DNA from: Acidimicrobiia bacterium
Lineage (GTDB): Bacteria; Actinomycetota; Acidimicrobiia; Acidimicrobiales; CATQHL01
Assembly: GCA_021296415.1 (NCBI GenBank)
Contig: JAGWAL010000001.1
Coordinates: 16,720-80,719, forward strand
DNA length: 64,000 bases
Direction of reading: 5' to 3'
The stretch's first letter is position 1. Each line of letters begins with the position of its first letter. This document shows, one piece after another, positions 10,301 through 18,626 of the stretch. A program made the position numbers and the translations under genes. The notes under the pieces were generated by a model that was not told the origin of the DNA, searched no databases, and worked only from the letters and a program-made list of their open reading frames with translations.

Positions 10301-10717
10301 CGTGACACGGTGGTCCTCAACCGCCCGCACACGCGCCTCGAGCATGAAGTCGACGCCCGGCTCGGCCTCGACGGCTTCGCGCAGACGCGAGACCAACACC
10401 TCGTGCTCGCAGACCAACCCGTGGGATCCGTCCGGATAAGGGAGCACGATCGGCTCCGACCGGTCTTCCGGGAACACCGCGAATCCCTTGCCCGTGGCGC
10501 TCCGCGGCTGGGTGTCGAGCTCGATCCCGAAGTCGCCGAGTATCCGCAGGGCGGGGGGATGCAGCCACTCGCCGGCGAGTCGTTTGGAGGCATTCGGGCT
10601 TGCCTCGAGCAGAGCCACCGAGGCACCTCGACGCGCGTGCGCGAGCGCGCAAAGGCTGCCCACCGGACCCGCGCCGACGACGGCGATGTCGTACCTCCGG
10701 GCAGTGGCGCCGCTCAT
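7343..10717 (-). CDS. fused squalene epoxidase (FAD monooxygenase) - 2,3-oxidosqualene cyclase
   Basis: N-terminal half: VVGAGPVG, RLAGEWLHP, GADG, GDAAGHYHPLTAVGMT (SE). C-terminal half: QW repeats (LQGVDGAW, QNRDGGF, QETDGSW, QRPDGGWGE, QDEDGQWP), WYCH, WPVTDCTAE at 8150-8164, LNPAEMFGD, YVECT. Confidence 0.92.
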   Translation of the reverse strand: MSGATARRYDIAVVGAGPVGSLCALAHARRGASVALLEASPNASKRLAGEWLHPPALRILGDFGIELDTQPRSATGKGFAVFPEDRSEPIVLPYPDGSHGLVCEHEVLVSRLREAVEAEPGVDFMLEARVRAVEDHRVTFTRNGADESLEAALIVGADGRTSIVRRSLGLWTSPRNCSRMMGIALHGVNLPLEGYGHVVCGGPGPILIYRLGEDAVRVIVDVPLGYSAQDLFAVMSDSYAGWMPESLAPAFVDALRERRFLAAANALRPRATYGSPRRVLIGDAAGHYHPLTAVGMTLGFGDALALAEGRDFRDFTNRRCQATRAPELLAMGLYEVFADHRVESVALRHAVYRRWRESPAVRSRTIRLLACEDTSIASLGLACSAMAARAIVGEIPRSCDQTAWRRARDIVRALVFRIGWLLRGLRQLRKARNTDGRNDEQVRDTLARALLISIPSRAGNRRLSRPEEAASPDAGPALRSASTRLVSLQGVDGAWEGEMVWCPMLTAQYVLLHHIVDRPLDPGRRRRVLRYFEQSRLEGGLWGLHEHAQPHLFVTTLVYVAARLLGVERDDPLVQPARRFLQAEGVLGIPSWGKFWLALVGLYDWRGVNAVLPELWGLPRWLPLHPSKWYCHTRLIYMAMAAIQPLRFQAPVMPAVASIREELFPQGFANVKFSSGRNRLRDGDLFARPGVWLRAGYGLALLYDRFGGKRRRARCTEEIIRHIRWELKATTHRSISPVSGLLNILALWLRDPDDADCRQALARLEGWIWEDEAGGTRLTGARSAVWDSGFSLQALATVPELDGVGTALRRGADFVRREQIGASFDGFGEAHRTDPRGGWCLAGKWHGWPVTDCTAEAVLGMLAADREATSTAVLGDAVRFMLRGQNRDGGFGSYEARRSAVGLEWLNPAEMFGDSMTERSYVECTASCLAALSACREHAPELADPEVLSAVSQAGAWLRRTQETDGSWRGAWGVQFIYGTFFGVRGLLAAGAGPGDPALRLACRWLLDRQRPDGGWGEHHSGCRAGRYVEHEESQVVQTAWAMLALLEADDSNWTAITQGARFLLDTQDEDGQWPKQDMAGLFFRTALVDYALYRQYFPLHALGLYEQRRRARLHLTPSRGVSE

Positions 10718-10824
10718 CGGAACAGGCTCGTCTGCCAGCGGCGGCGGCAACGGAGCCGACCTGGTTCCCGGGGACTGGTCATCCGGCCACCGTAGTTCGG
10801 ACCAGGAAAGCGGTCTTCTCCGGA

Positions 10825-11898
10825 TCAGCGACGGTCGGCGAGGCGGTGGGACACTTCCACCCACTGGGCGAGAGTGTCCGCCGCGGCGCCTCGGTCCAGC
10901 GCGGCGGCTGCGAGACTCAGACCCTCGTCCAGATCGGCCGCCAGGTCCCCGACCACAAGCCCGGCGGCTGCATTGAGACACACGATGCCGCGCCACGGCA
11001 CCGGCTCACCGGCCAGCAGCGCGTGGGTCGCCGCGACGCCCGCGGCCACGTCCGCGCCGGCGAGGTCGGACAACTCGACCGTCGGCAGGCCGAGGTCGGC
11101 CGGCGAGACCACATAGCGCTCGATCCTGCCCTCCTTCAGTTCGATGACCCGCGTCGGCCCGATCGTCGACAGCTCGTCGAGGCCGGGGTGGCCGTGGACG
11201 ACCATGGCACGCTGCGTACCGGTGACCGCCAGAACCTCGGCCATCCGCTCGGCCATGGCCGGATCGTTCACACCGATTACCTGGCGTCGCACACCGGCGG
11301 GGTTGGCCATCGGGCCCAGGTAGTTGAATGCGGTCGGCACGCCCAGGCTGCGCCGGGTGGGACCGGCGTGGCGGAGCGCGGGATGGAACAGCGGGGCCAG
11401 GCAGAAGGCGATGCCCGCCTGCTCGAGGCAGCCCGCCACACCGTCGGGCCCCAGGTCGACCGCGATCCCGAGCGCCTCCAGCAGATCAGCCGAACCGCAC
11501 GACGACGAGACCGCCCGGTTGCCGTGCTTGCACACGCGGGCGCCCGCGCCCGCAGCCACCAGCGCGGCCATGGTCGAGATGTTCAGGGAACCGCTGCCGT
11601 CGCCTCCGGTACCGGCCGTGTCGATGAGGCCCATCTCCTCGGCGTCCACTCGCACGTCGAGCGCCGCGGCACGCAGCCCCTCCAGGAGTCCCGCCAGCTC
11701 GACGGCGGTCTCGCCCTTTGTCCGCAGGGCCATGAGCAGCCCGCCCATCTGAGCCTCGGAGGCCGATCCGGCGAGCATGGCGTCCGCCGCCGCCCGCGCC
11801 TGGGTGCGAGAGAGGTGCTCCCCCGCGGCCAGCGTCCTGAACAGCAGCGCGAAGTCCACGGATCGCCCGGCGCCGACGTCGTCCTGATCTCCGTTCAT
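10825..11898 (-). CDS. trpD: anthranilate phosphoribosyltransferase
   Basis: DTAGTGGD, NIST, KHGNRAVSSSCGSAD, FHPA, GLDE. Confidence 0.95.
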   Translation of the reverse strand: MNGDQDDVGAGRSVDFALLFRTLAAGEHLSRTQARAAADAMLAGSASEAQMGGLLMALRTKGETAVELAGLLEGLRAAALDVRVDAEEMGLIDTAGTGGDGSGSLNISTMAALVAAGAGARVCKHGNRAVSSSCGSADLLEALGIAVDLGPDGVAGCLEQAGIAFCLAPLFHPALRHAGPTRRSLGVPTAFNYLGPMANPAGVRRQVIGVNDPAMAERMAEVLAVTGTQRAMVVHGHPGLDELSTIGPTRVIELKEGRIERYVVSPADLGLPTVELSDLAGADVAAGVAATHALLAGEPVPWRGIVCLNAAAGLVVGDLAADLDEGLSLAAAALDRGAAADTLAQWVEVSHRLADRR

Positions 11899-12253
11899 GC
11901 TGCATCCTCGGTCGTGCTCGTTGGTCGCGAGTCGCGGTCGTCGTCTATCCGTTTCCGGCGATCAGGCGACGGGAATCGCCTCGGCCTTGGGCGTTGCGGA
12001 CCCATCTCCCGGAAGCTGCCGAGCCATCGACCGCGGACAAAGCCGGATCCGCTGGACCGTGGATTCCGGCCTTCGCCGGAATCACGCATGGATGCCCGCA
12101 GTATGGCTCAGCACTCTCCTAGCATGCCAACCGTGTCGGCCGGTGACGAGTCCTGCGGCCCGCCGACCCCCGTCACGTGCGGGGGATGCAGCGCCCCGGT
12201 GCCGGGCTCCACCCGGCCCCGATCCTCTTCGGCACCCGGCGACCACCCATGAG

Positions 12254-13702
12254 ATGAGCATCCTCGTCATCGATCTGGGGAGCACAAGCGTGCGGGCGGC
12301 TCTGGTGGACGGCGCCGGCCGGCTCCACCACGAGCACCGCGTGGCCACACCGCTGGATGCCGCGGTGCGGGGCCTGGCGGAGTTCGATCCCGTCGCCGTC
12401 GCCGCCGCGGCACGGGATGCCGCCGAGTCCTGCCTGGCCGCAGCCTCCGGGGGCGTGGAGGCGGTGGGCATCGCCAACCAGCGCGCCTCGACGGTGCTGT
12501 GGAACCGCCGCAGCGGCGAGCCGCTCGGCCCCGGTCTCGGCTGGCAGGACCTGCGCACCGCCTTGGACTGCCTGGAATTGCAGAGCGAGGGGCTGCGCCT
12601 GGCTCCCAACCAGCCCGCCACCAAGGCCGCGCACCTCATCGCCGCAGCCGGCGACGTGCCCGCGGGCCAACTCTGCGTCGGCACGCTGGACTCCTGGCTG
12701 GTCTGGACACTCACCGGCGGCGCCCACCACGTCACCGACGCCACCAACGCGGCGGTCACCGGGCTCGTGCACCATGACCGCGTGGCCTGGGACCCGCAGG
12801 TGGTCGAGCGCCTGGGCATCCCACCCGAGAGCCTGCCCGAGATCACCGACAGCAGCGGGACGGTGGCCCCCGAGAGCCTGCTGCCGGGTCGGCCGCCGAT
12901 CACCGGCCTGGTGGGTGACCAGCAGGCGGCCCTCGTGGGCGCGGGCAGGGTCCGCCCCGGCGACGTGAAGATCACCTTCGGGACCGGCGGCATGCTGGAC
13001 GTGTGCCTGGGCCCCGAGGCCGATGCCCCGCCCTTCGCGCCGCGGGGCCCCAACGGCACGTTCCCCATCGTGGCCTGGCAGGAGGCCGGCCGGCCGGCAT
13101 GGGGCATCGAGGCCATGATGCTGAGCGCCGGCAGCTCGGTGGACTGGCTGTGCGAGCTGGGGCTGCTGGAGCACCCGGCCGCCTCCCACCCGGTGGCCGC
13201 CGGCTGCGACGACACCGGCGGTGTGATGTTCGTGCCCGCCCCCCTGGGGCTGGGGACGCCGCTCTGGGACTTCGGGGCGCGCAGCGCCTTCGTCGGCATG
13301 ACCACCGCCACGACGCGGGCACAACTGGTGCGCGCCGTGCTGGAGGGCGTCGCCCACCGCGGCGCCGACCTGCTGGAGGCCGCGCAGGCCGACAGCGGCC
13401 ACGACCTGGCCGAGCCGGTCATCGACGGCGGCATGAGCAACAACCCCACCTTTACCCAGGCGCTGGCCGACGCCGCCGGGCGCCCCGTGCGGGTGGCCGC
13501 CGAGACGGAGTGCACGGCCCTGGGGGCCGCGTACCTGGCGGGACTGGCCACCGGCACCTGGCGGGACTGGCCCGAGGTGGCGTCGCTACGGCCGCCGCGG
13601 GCGACCTACCACCCCCGCCGCGAGCCCGACCGGGAGCGCTGGCGCGAGGCCACCGAGCGCGCCGCCGCCTGGCATCCCGACCTCAGCAGCGTGTCGTTCT
13701 GA
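12254..13702 (+). CDS. FGGY-family carbohydrate kinase (glycerol kinase-like)
   Basis: IDLGSTS, GIANQR, WQDLRT, TDATNA, GDQQAAL, TFGTG, DGGM. Confidence 0.88.
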   Translation: MSILVIDLGSTSVRAALVDGAGRLHHEHRVATPLDAAVRGLAEFDPVAVAAAARDAAESCLAAASGGVEAVGIANQRASTVLWNRRSGEPLGPGLGWQDLRTALDCLELQSEGLRLAPNQPATKAAHLIAAAGDVPAGQLCVGTLDSWLVWTLTGGAHHVTDATNAAVTGLVHHDRVAWDPQVVERLGIPPESLPEITDSSGTVAPESLLPGRPPITGLVGDQQAALVGAGRVRPGDVKITFGTGGMLDVCLGPEADAPPFAPRGPNGTFPIVAWQEAGRPAWGIEAMMLSAGSSVDWLCELGLLEHPAASHPVAAGCDDTGGVMFVPAPLGLGTPLWDFGARSAFVGMTTATTRAQLVRAVLEGVAHRGADLLEAAQADSGHDLAEPVIDGGMSNNPTFTQALADAAGRPVRVAAETECTALGAAYLAGLATGTWRDWPEVASLRPPRATYHPRREPDRERWREATERAAAWHPDLSSVSF

Positions 13703-13832
13703 GGCCGAGTGCGACGGCCCGCCCGGCCGCCACACAGCTGCGACCGCTGGGTCTGCCGGGAGCGGGCCTGCGGCAACCTGGCCCGTCGGTGCGGGGAGCG
13801 CGGTCCGGCCCCGGTGCTGGCAGAATGGCAGG

Positions 13833-14184
<352 letters not shown>

Positions 14185-14186
<2 letters not shown>

Positions 14187-14679
14187 ACCGGGCACGGCGC
14201 GGGCGCGACGCTGGCTCCAGCCGGCCGCGGCGCGCCAAGACCCGCCGACGCGCCGGGTCGGCGAGCCCGAATCGTCGCCAGGACCACCAGATCGCAACCG
14301 CCCCGGCGAACTCCATGGCCAGCACCGCCCACAGCGGGCGCAGGCTCACCGAGACCGCCTCGCCGGCCGCTACGCCGGCCAGCGGCCACCAGAAGGACGC
14401 CGGGCGCAGCCAGGCACCGTCCAGGATGAGGTGGCAGAAGAGCCCGATCGGGAACCCCAGCAGGCGTCGCTGGACGAGGCGCCGCCCCCATCCAACGATC
14501 ATGGCGCCGGCGAGGACGGCGATCGGGAACAGCAGGGTCCCCATGACCCACAGGCCGTCGACCGCAAGCGCCAGGGACGGGAGGACGGCTCCGGCGATCA
14601 CCAAGCGGTAGTCCAGGGCGCGGCTTGCGAAGGTAGCCGCCACGGCCGGCACCGTCAGGCCGGCGAACCAGAGCAGCAC
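14185..14679 (-). CDS. membrane protein, metal-dependent hydrolase (DUF457/YdjM)-like
   Basis: LDYRLVIAGAVLP, HLILDGAW, FWWP; hydrophobic; converges on rnpB. Confidence 0.65.
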
Positions 14680-14683
14680 CGCT

Positions 14684-15427
14684 TCAGAGAACCAGGATGC
14701 GCCCGCAGGACGGGCAGGTGGCACTCCCCTTGTCGATTCCTCCTGCCGGCGCCTCGCCGATGTCGGGGAGCCTGCGGAGTCGATCCACCTCCATGAGCGG
14801 CAGCGTGAGGTTGCACCCCAGACAGCTCGTTCCCTCGAGTCGCGCCACCGCCACGCCATCAATCTGGGTGCGGAGGAGTTCGTAGAGCTCGAGCAGTTCC
14901 GCAGCGATCTGTCCCGCCACGGCGGCACGGTCGCTGCGGACCCGTTCGCACTCCTCGTCGATCTCGGCCGCGGCGGCGGTCAGGCGGTCGGAGATGGCGT
15001 CGATCCGCAGCGCCAGCTCGTCGCGGCCCGTGCGCAGCTCCGCCAACGCCGCGCCGGCGGACTCGAGCTCCTCCATCACCTCGAGCAACTTGTCCTCGAC
15101 CACCCGCTGGCGCCGCCCGAGGGCGGCCACCTCCTCCTCGAGGCTCTGCAGTTCGCGGATGGCGGTGACCTGGCCCGAGTAGAGCAGCCCCCGTTCCCGC
15201 TCCCGCTTGGCCAGAACCGAACTCAGATCGTCGTCGTAGCGTCTCTGGAGCCGCGCCAGCTCGGCGTGGTGCTGCTCGGCGTCGGCGATCTGCTCGTCGC
15301 GCTTCGCCAACTCCCGCTCCAAGCGGCGCAACGCCGCCCGCTCCGGAAGTTGGGCGTGACGATGCTCGAGTTGCGCGATGCGGGTGTCGTGCGACTGGAG
15401 GTCCAGGAGGCCTTCGAGAGGATTCAT
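14684..15427 (-). CDS. coiled-coil C4 zinc-ribbon protein (DUF164)
   Basis: LLDLQSHD, long coiled coil, CLGC...CPSCGRILV; typical actinobacterial neighbour of rnpB. Confidence 0.88.
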   Translation of the reverse strand: MNPLEGLLDLQSHDTRIAQLEHRHAQLPERAALRRLERELAKRDEQIADAEQHHAELARLQRRYDDDLSSVLAKRERERGLLYSGQVTAIRELQSLEEEVAALGRRQRVVEDKLLEVMEELESAGAALAELRTGRDELALRIDAISDRLTAAAAEIDEECERVRSDRAAVAGQIAAELLELYELLRTQIDGVAVARLEGTSCLGCNLTLPLMEVDRLRRLPDIGEAPAGGIDKGSATCPSCGRILVL

Positions 15428-15540
15428 GCCTCGCCGCTCGGTTCTCGCCTGTGCTCTGCCATCGCCGCGCGCGACCCTAAACGACATCCGCAGGCGCTCA
15501 CAAGGACGGGCCCGGGTCGTCGACGCGGCCCCGGAGAATG

Positions 15541-15616
15541 CCGACGCCCCGTCGAATGGGGGGACATCGACGGGGCGTCCGATCACCACCGCGGCAGGGG
15601 GGTTGCCCGGGGTGAG
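15541..15616 (-). ncRNA. 6C RNA (two hairpins with C-rich loops)
   Basis: Minus strand: CACCCCGGGCA-ACCCCCC-TGCCGCGGTG, then GACGCCCCGTCGA-TGTCCCCCCAT-TCGACGGGGCGTC (perfect 13-bp stem); matches the actinobacterial 6C architecture. Confidence 0.75.
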
Positions 15617-15940
15617 TCTCCGTGCCGGGGAACGGCGATATTGCGGACGGCAGGCTAGCCACCCGCCACCACGACGTACCCGCGGGTCGTGTGACATCCG
15701 CCACAGCGCGGCGTGCGCGGCGGCGCCGAGCGCCACTCGCCGCGCTGGCCCGCAGCGGTGGCCCGGCGCGATTGGCCTAACGGCATCGAAGGCGTGTACA
15801 CTCACCGAAGCGACGAAGTCGTCCTCGGAGGGGGTGGCGGGTCTGGAGAGAATCTCGCTGATCCCGGCTGCTCCAACAGTCCCAGGCCCGCCCCCTCCCC
15901 CCGCTTCACCAGCGGCGACGCCGCGTCCGATCCGCACCGG

Positions 15941-16015
15941 TGGGCGCTGGCGGACTCGAACCGCCGACCCCTTCCTTGTAAGGGAAGTGCTCTGACCCGA
16001 CTGAGCTAAGCGCCC
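15941..16015 (-). tRNA. tRNA-Val(TAC)
   Basis: GGGCGCTTAGCTCAG...CTTCC-CTTACAA-GGAAG...GGTTCGAGTCC...AGCGCCCA; TAGCCT -10 box upstream. Confidence 0.95.
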
Positions 16016-16027
16016 CGCGACCGCAGG

Positions 16028-16771
16028 CTAGCCAGCCCAGGCCGCCCGCAGGTCGGCCAGCAGGCGCTCGCCGGCCGCAGCGAGCAGGGTGCGCCGCTGC
16101 AGGGGATCGGTCGTCGTCAGATCCCGGCCGGCGGCATCGACCACCGCGGCACCGGCCTCCCGGCAGACCAGCATCGCCCCCAGATAGTCCCACGGGCCCA
16201 GCGAGTGGCAGTCCGCGAAACCGTCGAGGCGACCGTCGGCGACGGCGCAGAGATCCAGCGCCGCGGCCCCCAGTGCCCGGTACTGGCGCCACCGCGGCGC
16301 GCGCGGCCACCAGCCCGACAACCCGAGAATCGCCTCGGACAGCTCGGTTACCGCCGACGGGCGGATCGGTTCGCCGTCCCGGTGGGCACCGCCGCCGCGG
16401 GTCGCCGCGTAGCGCTCGCCCGAGGCCAGGTTCACCACCAGGGCCGCCAGGGCACCGTGGTCGTCCACCGCGCAGAGGCTCGTGGCGTACCACGGGATTC
16501 CCTGGGCCGCGTTGGTCGAACCGTCCAGGGGGTCGAGAACGACGATGATCGAGCGGTCCGGTGCCTGCAGGCCGGACTCCTCGCTGCACACCCCCAGGCC
16601 GGCATCCAGCAGAGCGTTCGTGGCGACCCGATCAGCGGCGAGATCCGAGTGGTGCTGGCCGAGCCTGGTGCCGGCCAACCCCCAGTCGTCGAGGTCGTTC
16701 AGGGCACCGGCCACCGCGTCGGCGGTATCCGCGAACAGCGACAGCAGATCGTCGGGCGAGATGTGCGACAC
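16028..16771 (-). CDS. inositol monophosphatase family protein
   Basis: SEE, LDPLDGSTN, GAAALDLCAVADG, WDYLG. Confidence 0.9.
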   Translation of the reverse strand: MSHISPDDLLSLFADTADAVAGALNDLDDWGLAGTRLGQHHSDLAADRVATNALLDAGLGVCSEESGLQAPDRSIIVVLDPLDGSTNAAQGIPWYATSLCAVDDHGALAALVVNLASGERYAATRGGGAHRDGEPIRPSAVTELSEAILGLSGWWPRAPRWRQYRALGAAALDLCAVADGRLDGFADCHSLGPWDYLGAMLVCREAGAAVVDAAGRDLTTTDPLQRRTLLAAAGERLLADLRAAWAG

Positions 16772-16832
16772 GCTAGGGCTAGGGTTGTCCCCGTCAAATG
16801 GCAGGAGGGCCCCAACGCCGAGGAGTTGCGCC

Positions 16833-17396
16833 TTGTCCATCGTCGACTTTCCCGGGTTCGTCACCGATCTCAAGTACCACGCCGCCGAGGGCGGGTTCCA
16901 CTACCACGAGGACCATCACTGCATCGACATCACGACCGGACGCCAGTGGTGGGAGATCCAGTTGCATCCGGACTACGACTGCGACGGGCCGCTGGAACTT
17001 CACATCGTCGCCGACCTGGACCCGCGTACCCAGATCGCCTTCGAGGACGAGGTCAACAAGCTGCCGGAGGATGCCGAGTGGCCCACCGAGGGGTTCGACC
17101 TGATCCTCCGCTTCCACTGGAGGCTCCCGCCGCTGCCGAACAGTCCCAACCTGCTGGAGCTGGCCACGGAACTCTCGGCAATCGGCGGCACAGATCTCCC
17201 GCTTCACGTCTGGGCCGCTGACACCATCGCCACGGTCACCGACGACGTGGCGCGGACGGTTCACGTGGAATCGGAGTCGGGCATCCCGCTGGCACAACTC
17301 GCCGGTGAGCACGAGTTCCTCGACGAGACGTTCGGCCTCATCGGCAAGGTCACCCGCTACCTGCACGACCGGGCGCCCGCCTGGTTGGGCGAGTGA
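16833..17396 (+). CDS. conserved hypothetical acidic protein
   Basis: Protein-like composition (FVTDLKYHA..GFH, LHP..DCDGPLELH); AGGAG upstream of the TTG. Confidence 0.7.
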   Translation: MSIVDFPGFVTDLKYHAAEGGFHYHEDHHCIDITTGRQWWEIQLHPDYDCDGPLELHIVADLDPRTQIAFEDEVNKLPEDAEWPTEGFDLILRFHWRLPPLPNSPNLLELATELSAIGGTDLPLHVWAADTIATVTDDVARTVHVESESGIPLAQLAGEHEFLDETFGLIGKVTRYLHDRAPAWLGE

Positions 17397-17444
17397 GCCC
17401 GGGCGCACTGACCTCCGGGATCCCGGTACACACCCGCGGCGCCG

Positions 17445-17517
17445 TGGGCTCGGTGGGGATCGAACCCACGACCAAACGATTATGAGTCGTCTGCTCTGAC
17501 CACTGAGCTACGAGCCC
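17445..17517 (-). tRNA. tRNA with CAT anticodon, probably tRNA-Ile2 (lysidine-modified)
   Basis: GGGCTCGTAGCTCAG...GACGA-CTCATAA-TCGTT...GGTTCGAT; no initiator features; next to tRNA-Asn after dnaG. Confidence 0.9.
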
Positions 17518-17601
17518 GGGGACAAACTAGCCCGCGGGCCGCTCCCCTCGACGTGGCGGCCGGGTGTTGGACCGGCCGGGTGTCCGCCGGCGACCGTTCG
17601 G

Positions 17602-17674
17602 CTCCGGGGGTGGGGCTCGAACCCACGACAAACGGCTTAACAGGCCGGCGCTCTGCCAACTGAGCTACCCCGGA
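17602..17674 (-). tRNA. tRNA-Asn(GTT)
   Basis: TCCGGGGTAGCTCAGTTGG...CTGTTAA loop...GGTTCGAGCCC...CCCCGGAG. Confidence 0.95.
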
Positions 17675-17705
17675 TCGCGCCCCGTCAGGATACCAGCGGG
17701 GTCCC

Positions 17706-18626
17706 TCAGGACTCTCGCATCAGCTCCCGCAGCTCCTCCCCCAGGCCGCTGCGGCGCAGCCGCGACAACGTCCGCGCCTCGATCTGGCGGAGCCGCTCCT
17801 TCGTGACGCCGAACTGACCGCTCAACTCCGCCAACGTCCGGATGCGACCGTCCACGAGCCCGAATCGCAGGCGCAGGAGCCTCCGCACCCGCTCGTCGCC
17901 GACGGCGGCCAGAGCCTCCTCCACAGCCTCGCGGACCGCCGCGCCGTGCAGCCGCTCGAGCACCAGTTCATCGGGTCCGGAGTCCGAGCCGTCCGAGAGC
18001 ATGTCGCCCAGCGACGTGTCGTCACCAACGGGCGCCTCCAGTGACACGGGCGAGGCGCGCAACTCGCGGACCCTGGCCACCTGCTCCTCGTCGGTCCCGC
18101 AGCTGCGCGCCAACTCCGCCAGAGTCGGCGTTCGATGGTTCTCCTGCTCGAACTGCCGCTCGGCCTTGTAGATCTGCGTCGCCAGCGCCGAGAGGTGCGC
18201 CGGCATGCGCACGGCGCCGCCCTGGTTGGTGATCGCGGCGAGCATGGCGCTGCGGATCCACGAGCCGGCGTAGGTCGAGAACCGCCAACCCTTGTCGGGC
18301 CGGTACCTGGTGGCTGCCGCCAGCAGCCCCACGTTCCCCTCCTGGACGAGGTCGGCGAACGGCACCCCCCGGCCCTGGTAGCCACGCGCCAGGTAGACGA
18401 CGAGGCGAAGGTTCGCCTCCGTCAGCCGTTGCCGCGCCACCTCACCGTCGCGCACCTGGCGTCGCAACTCGGAGCGCCGGGTGGGCTCCGGCTCGCCGTT
18501 GCCGTCGAGGATCTCCTGTGCCGCCAGCCCCGCCTGCACCTTGCGGCCCAGATCGCACTCCTCCTCCGCGTTCAGCTGGGCCACGCGACCGATGTCGCTG
18601 AGGTAGGTCGTGAACCCTTCCGTCAT
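17706..18626 (-). CDS. sigma-70 factor, RpoD/SigB-like, lacking region 1.1
   Basis: YLSDIGR..L..EEE, EANLRLVV, DLVQEGNVGL, FSTYA, SLEAP, ERLRQIE. Confidence 0.9.
   Translation of the reverse strand: MTEGFTTYLSDIGRVAQLNAEEECDLGRKVQAGLAAQEILDGNGEPEPTRRSELRRQVRDGEVARQRLTEANLRLVVYLARGYQGRGVPFADLVQEGNVGLLAAATRYRPDKGWRFSTYAGSWIRSAMLAAITNQGGAVRMPAHLSALATQIYKAERQFEQENHRTPTLAELARSCGTDEEQVARVRELRASPVSLEAPVGDDTSLGDMLSDGSDSGPDELVLERLHGAAVREAVEEALAAVGDERVRRLLRLRFGLVDGRIRTLAELSGQFGVTKERLRQIEARTLSRLRRSGLGEELRELMRES

Noticed and set aside
15800..15870. Glycine riboswitch (TCTGGAGAGA, CCGAAG)
   Set aside because: The elements are in the wrong order, the CTCTCAGG element is missing, and no glycine-related gene follows.
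15941..17674. Integrated element at the tRNA genes
   Set aside because: No duplicated tRNA 3' ends or integrase were found in the window.
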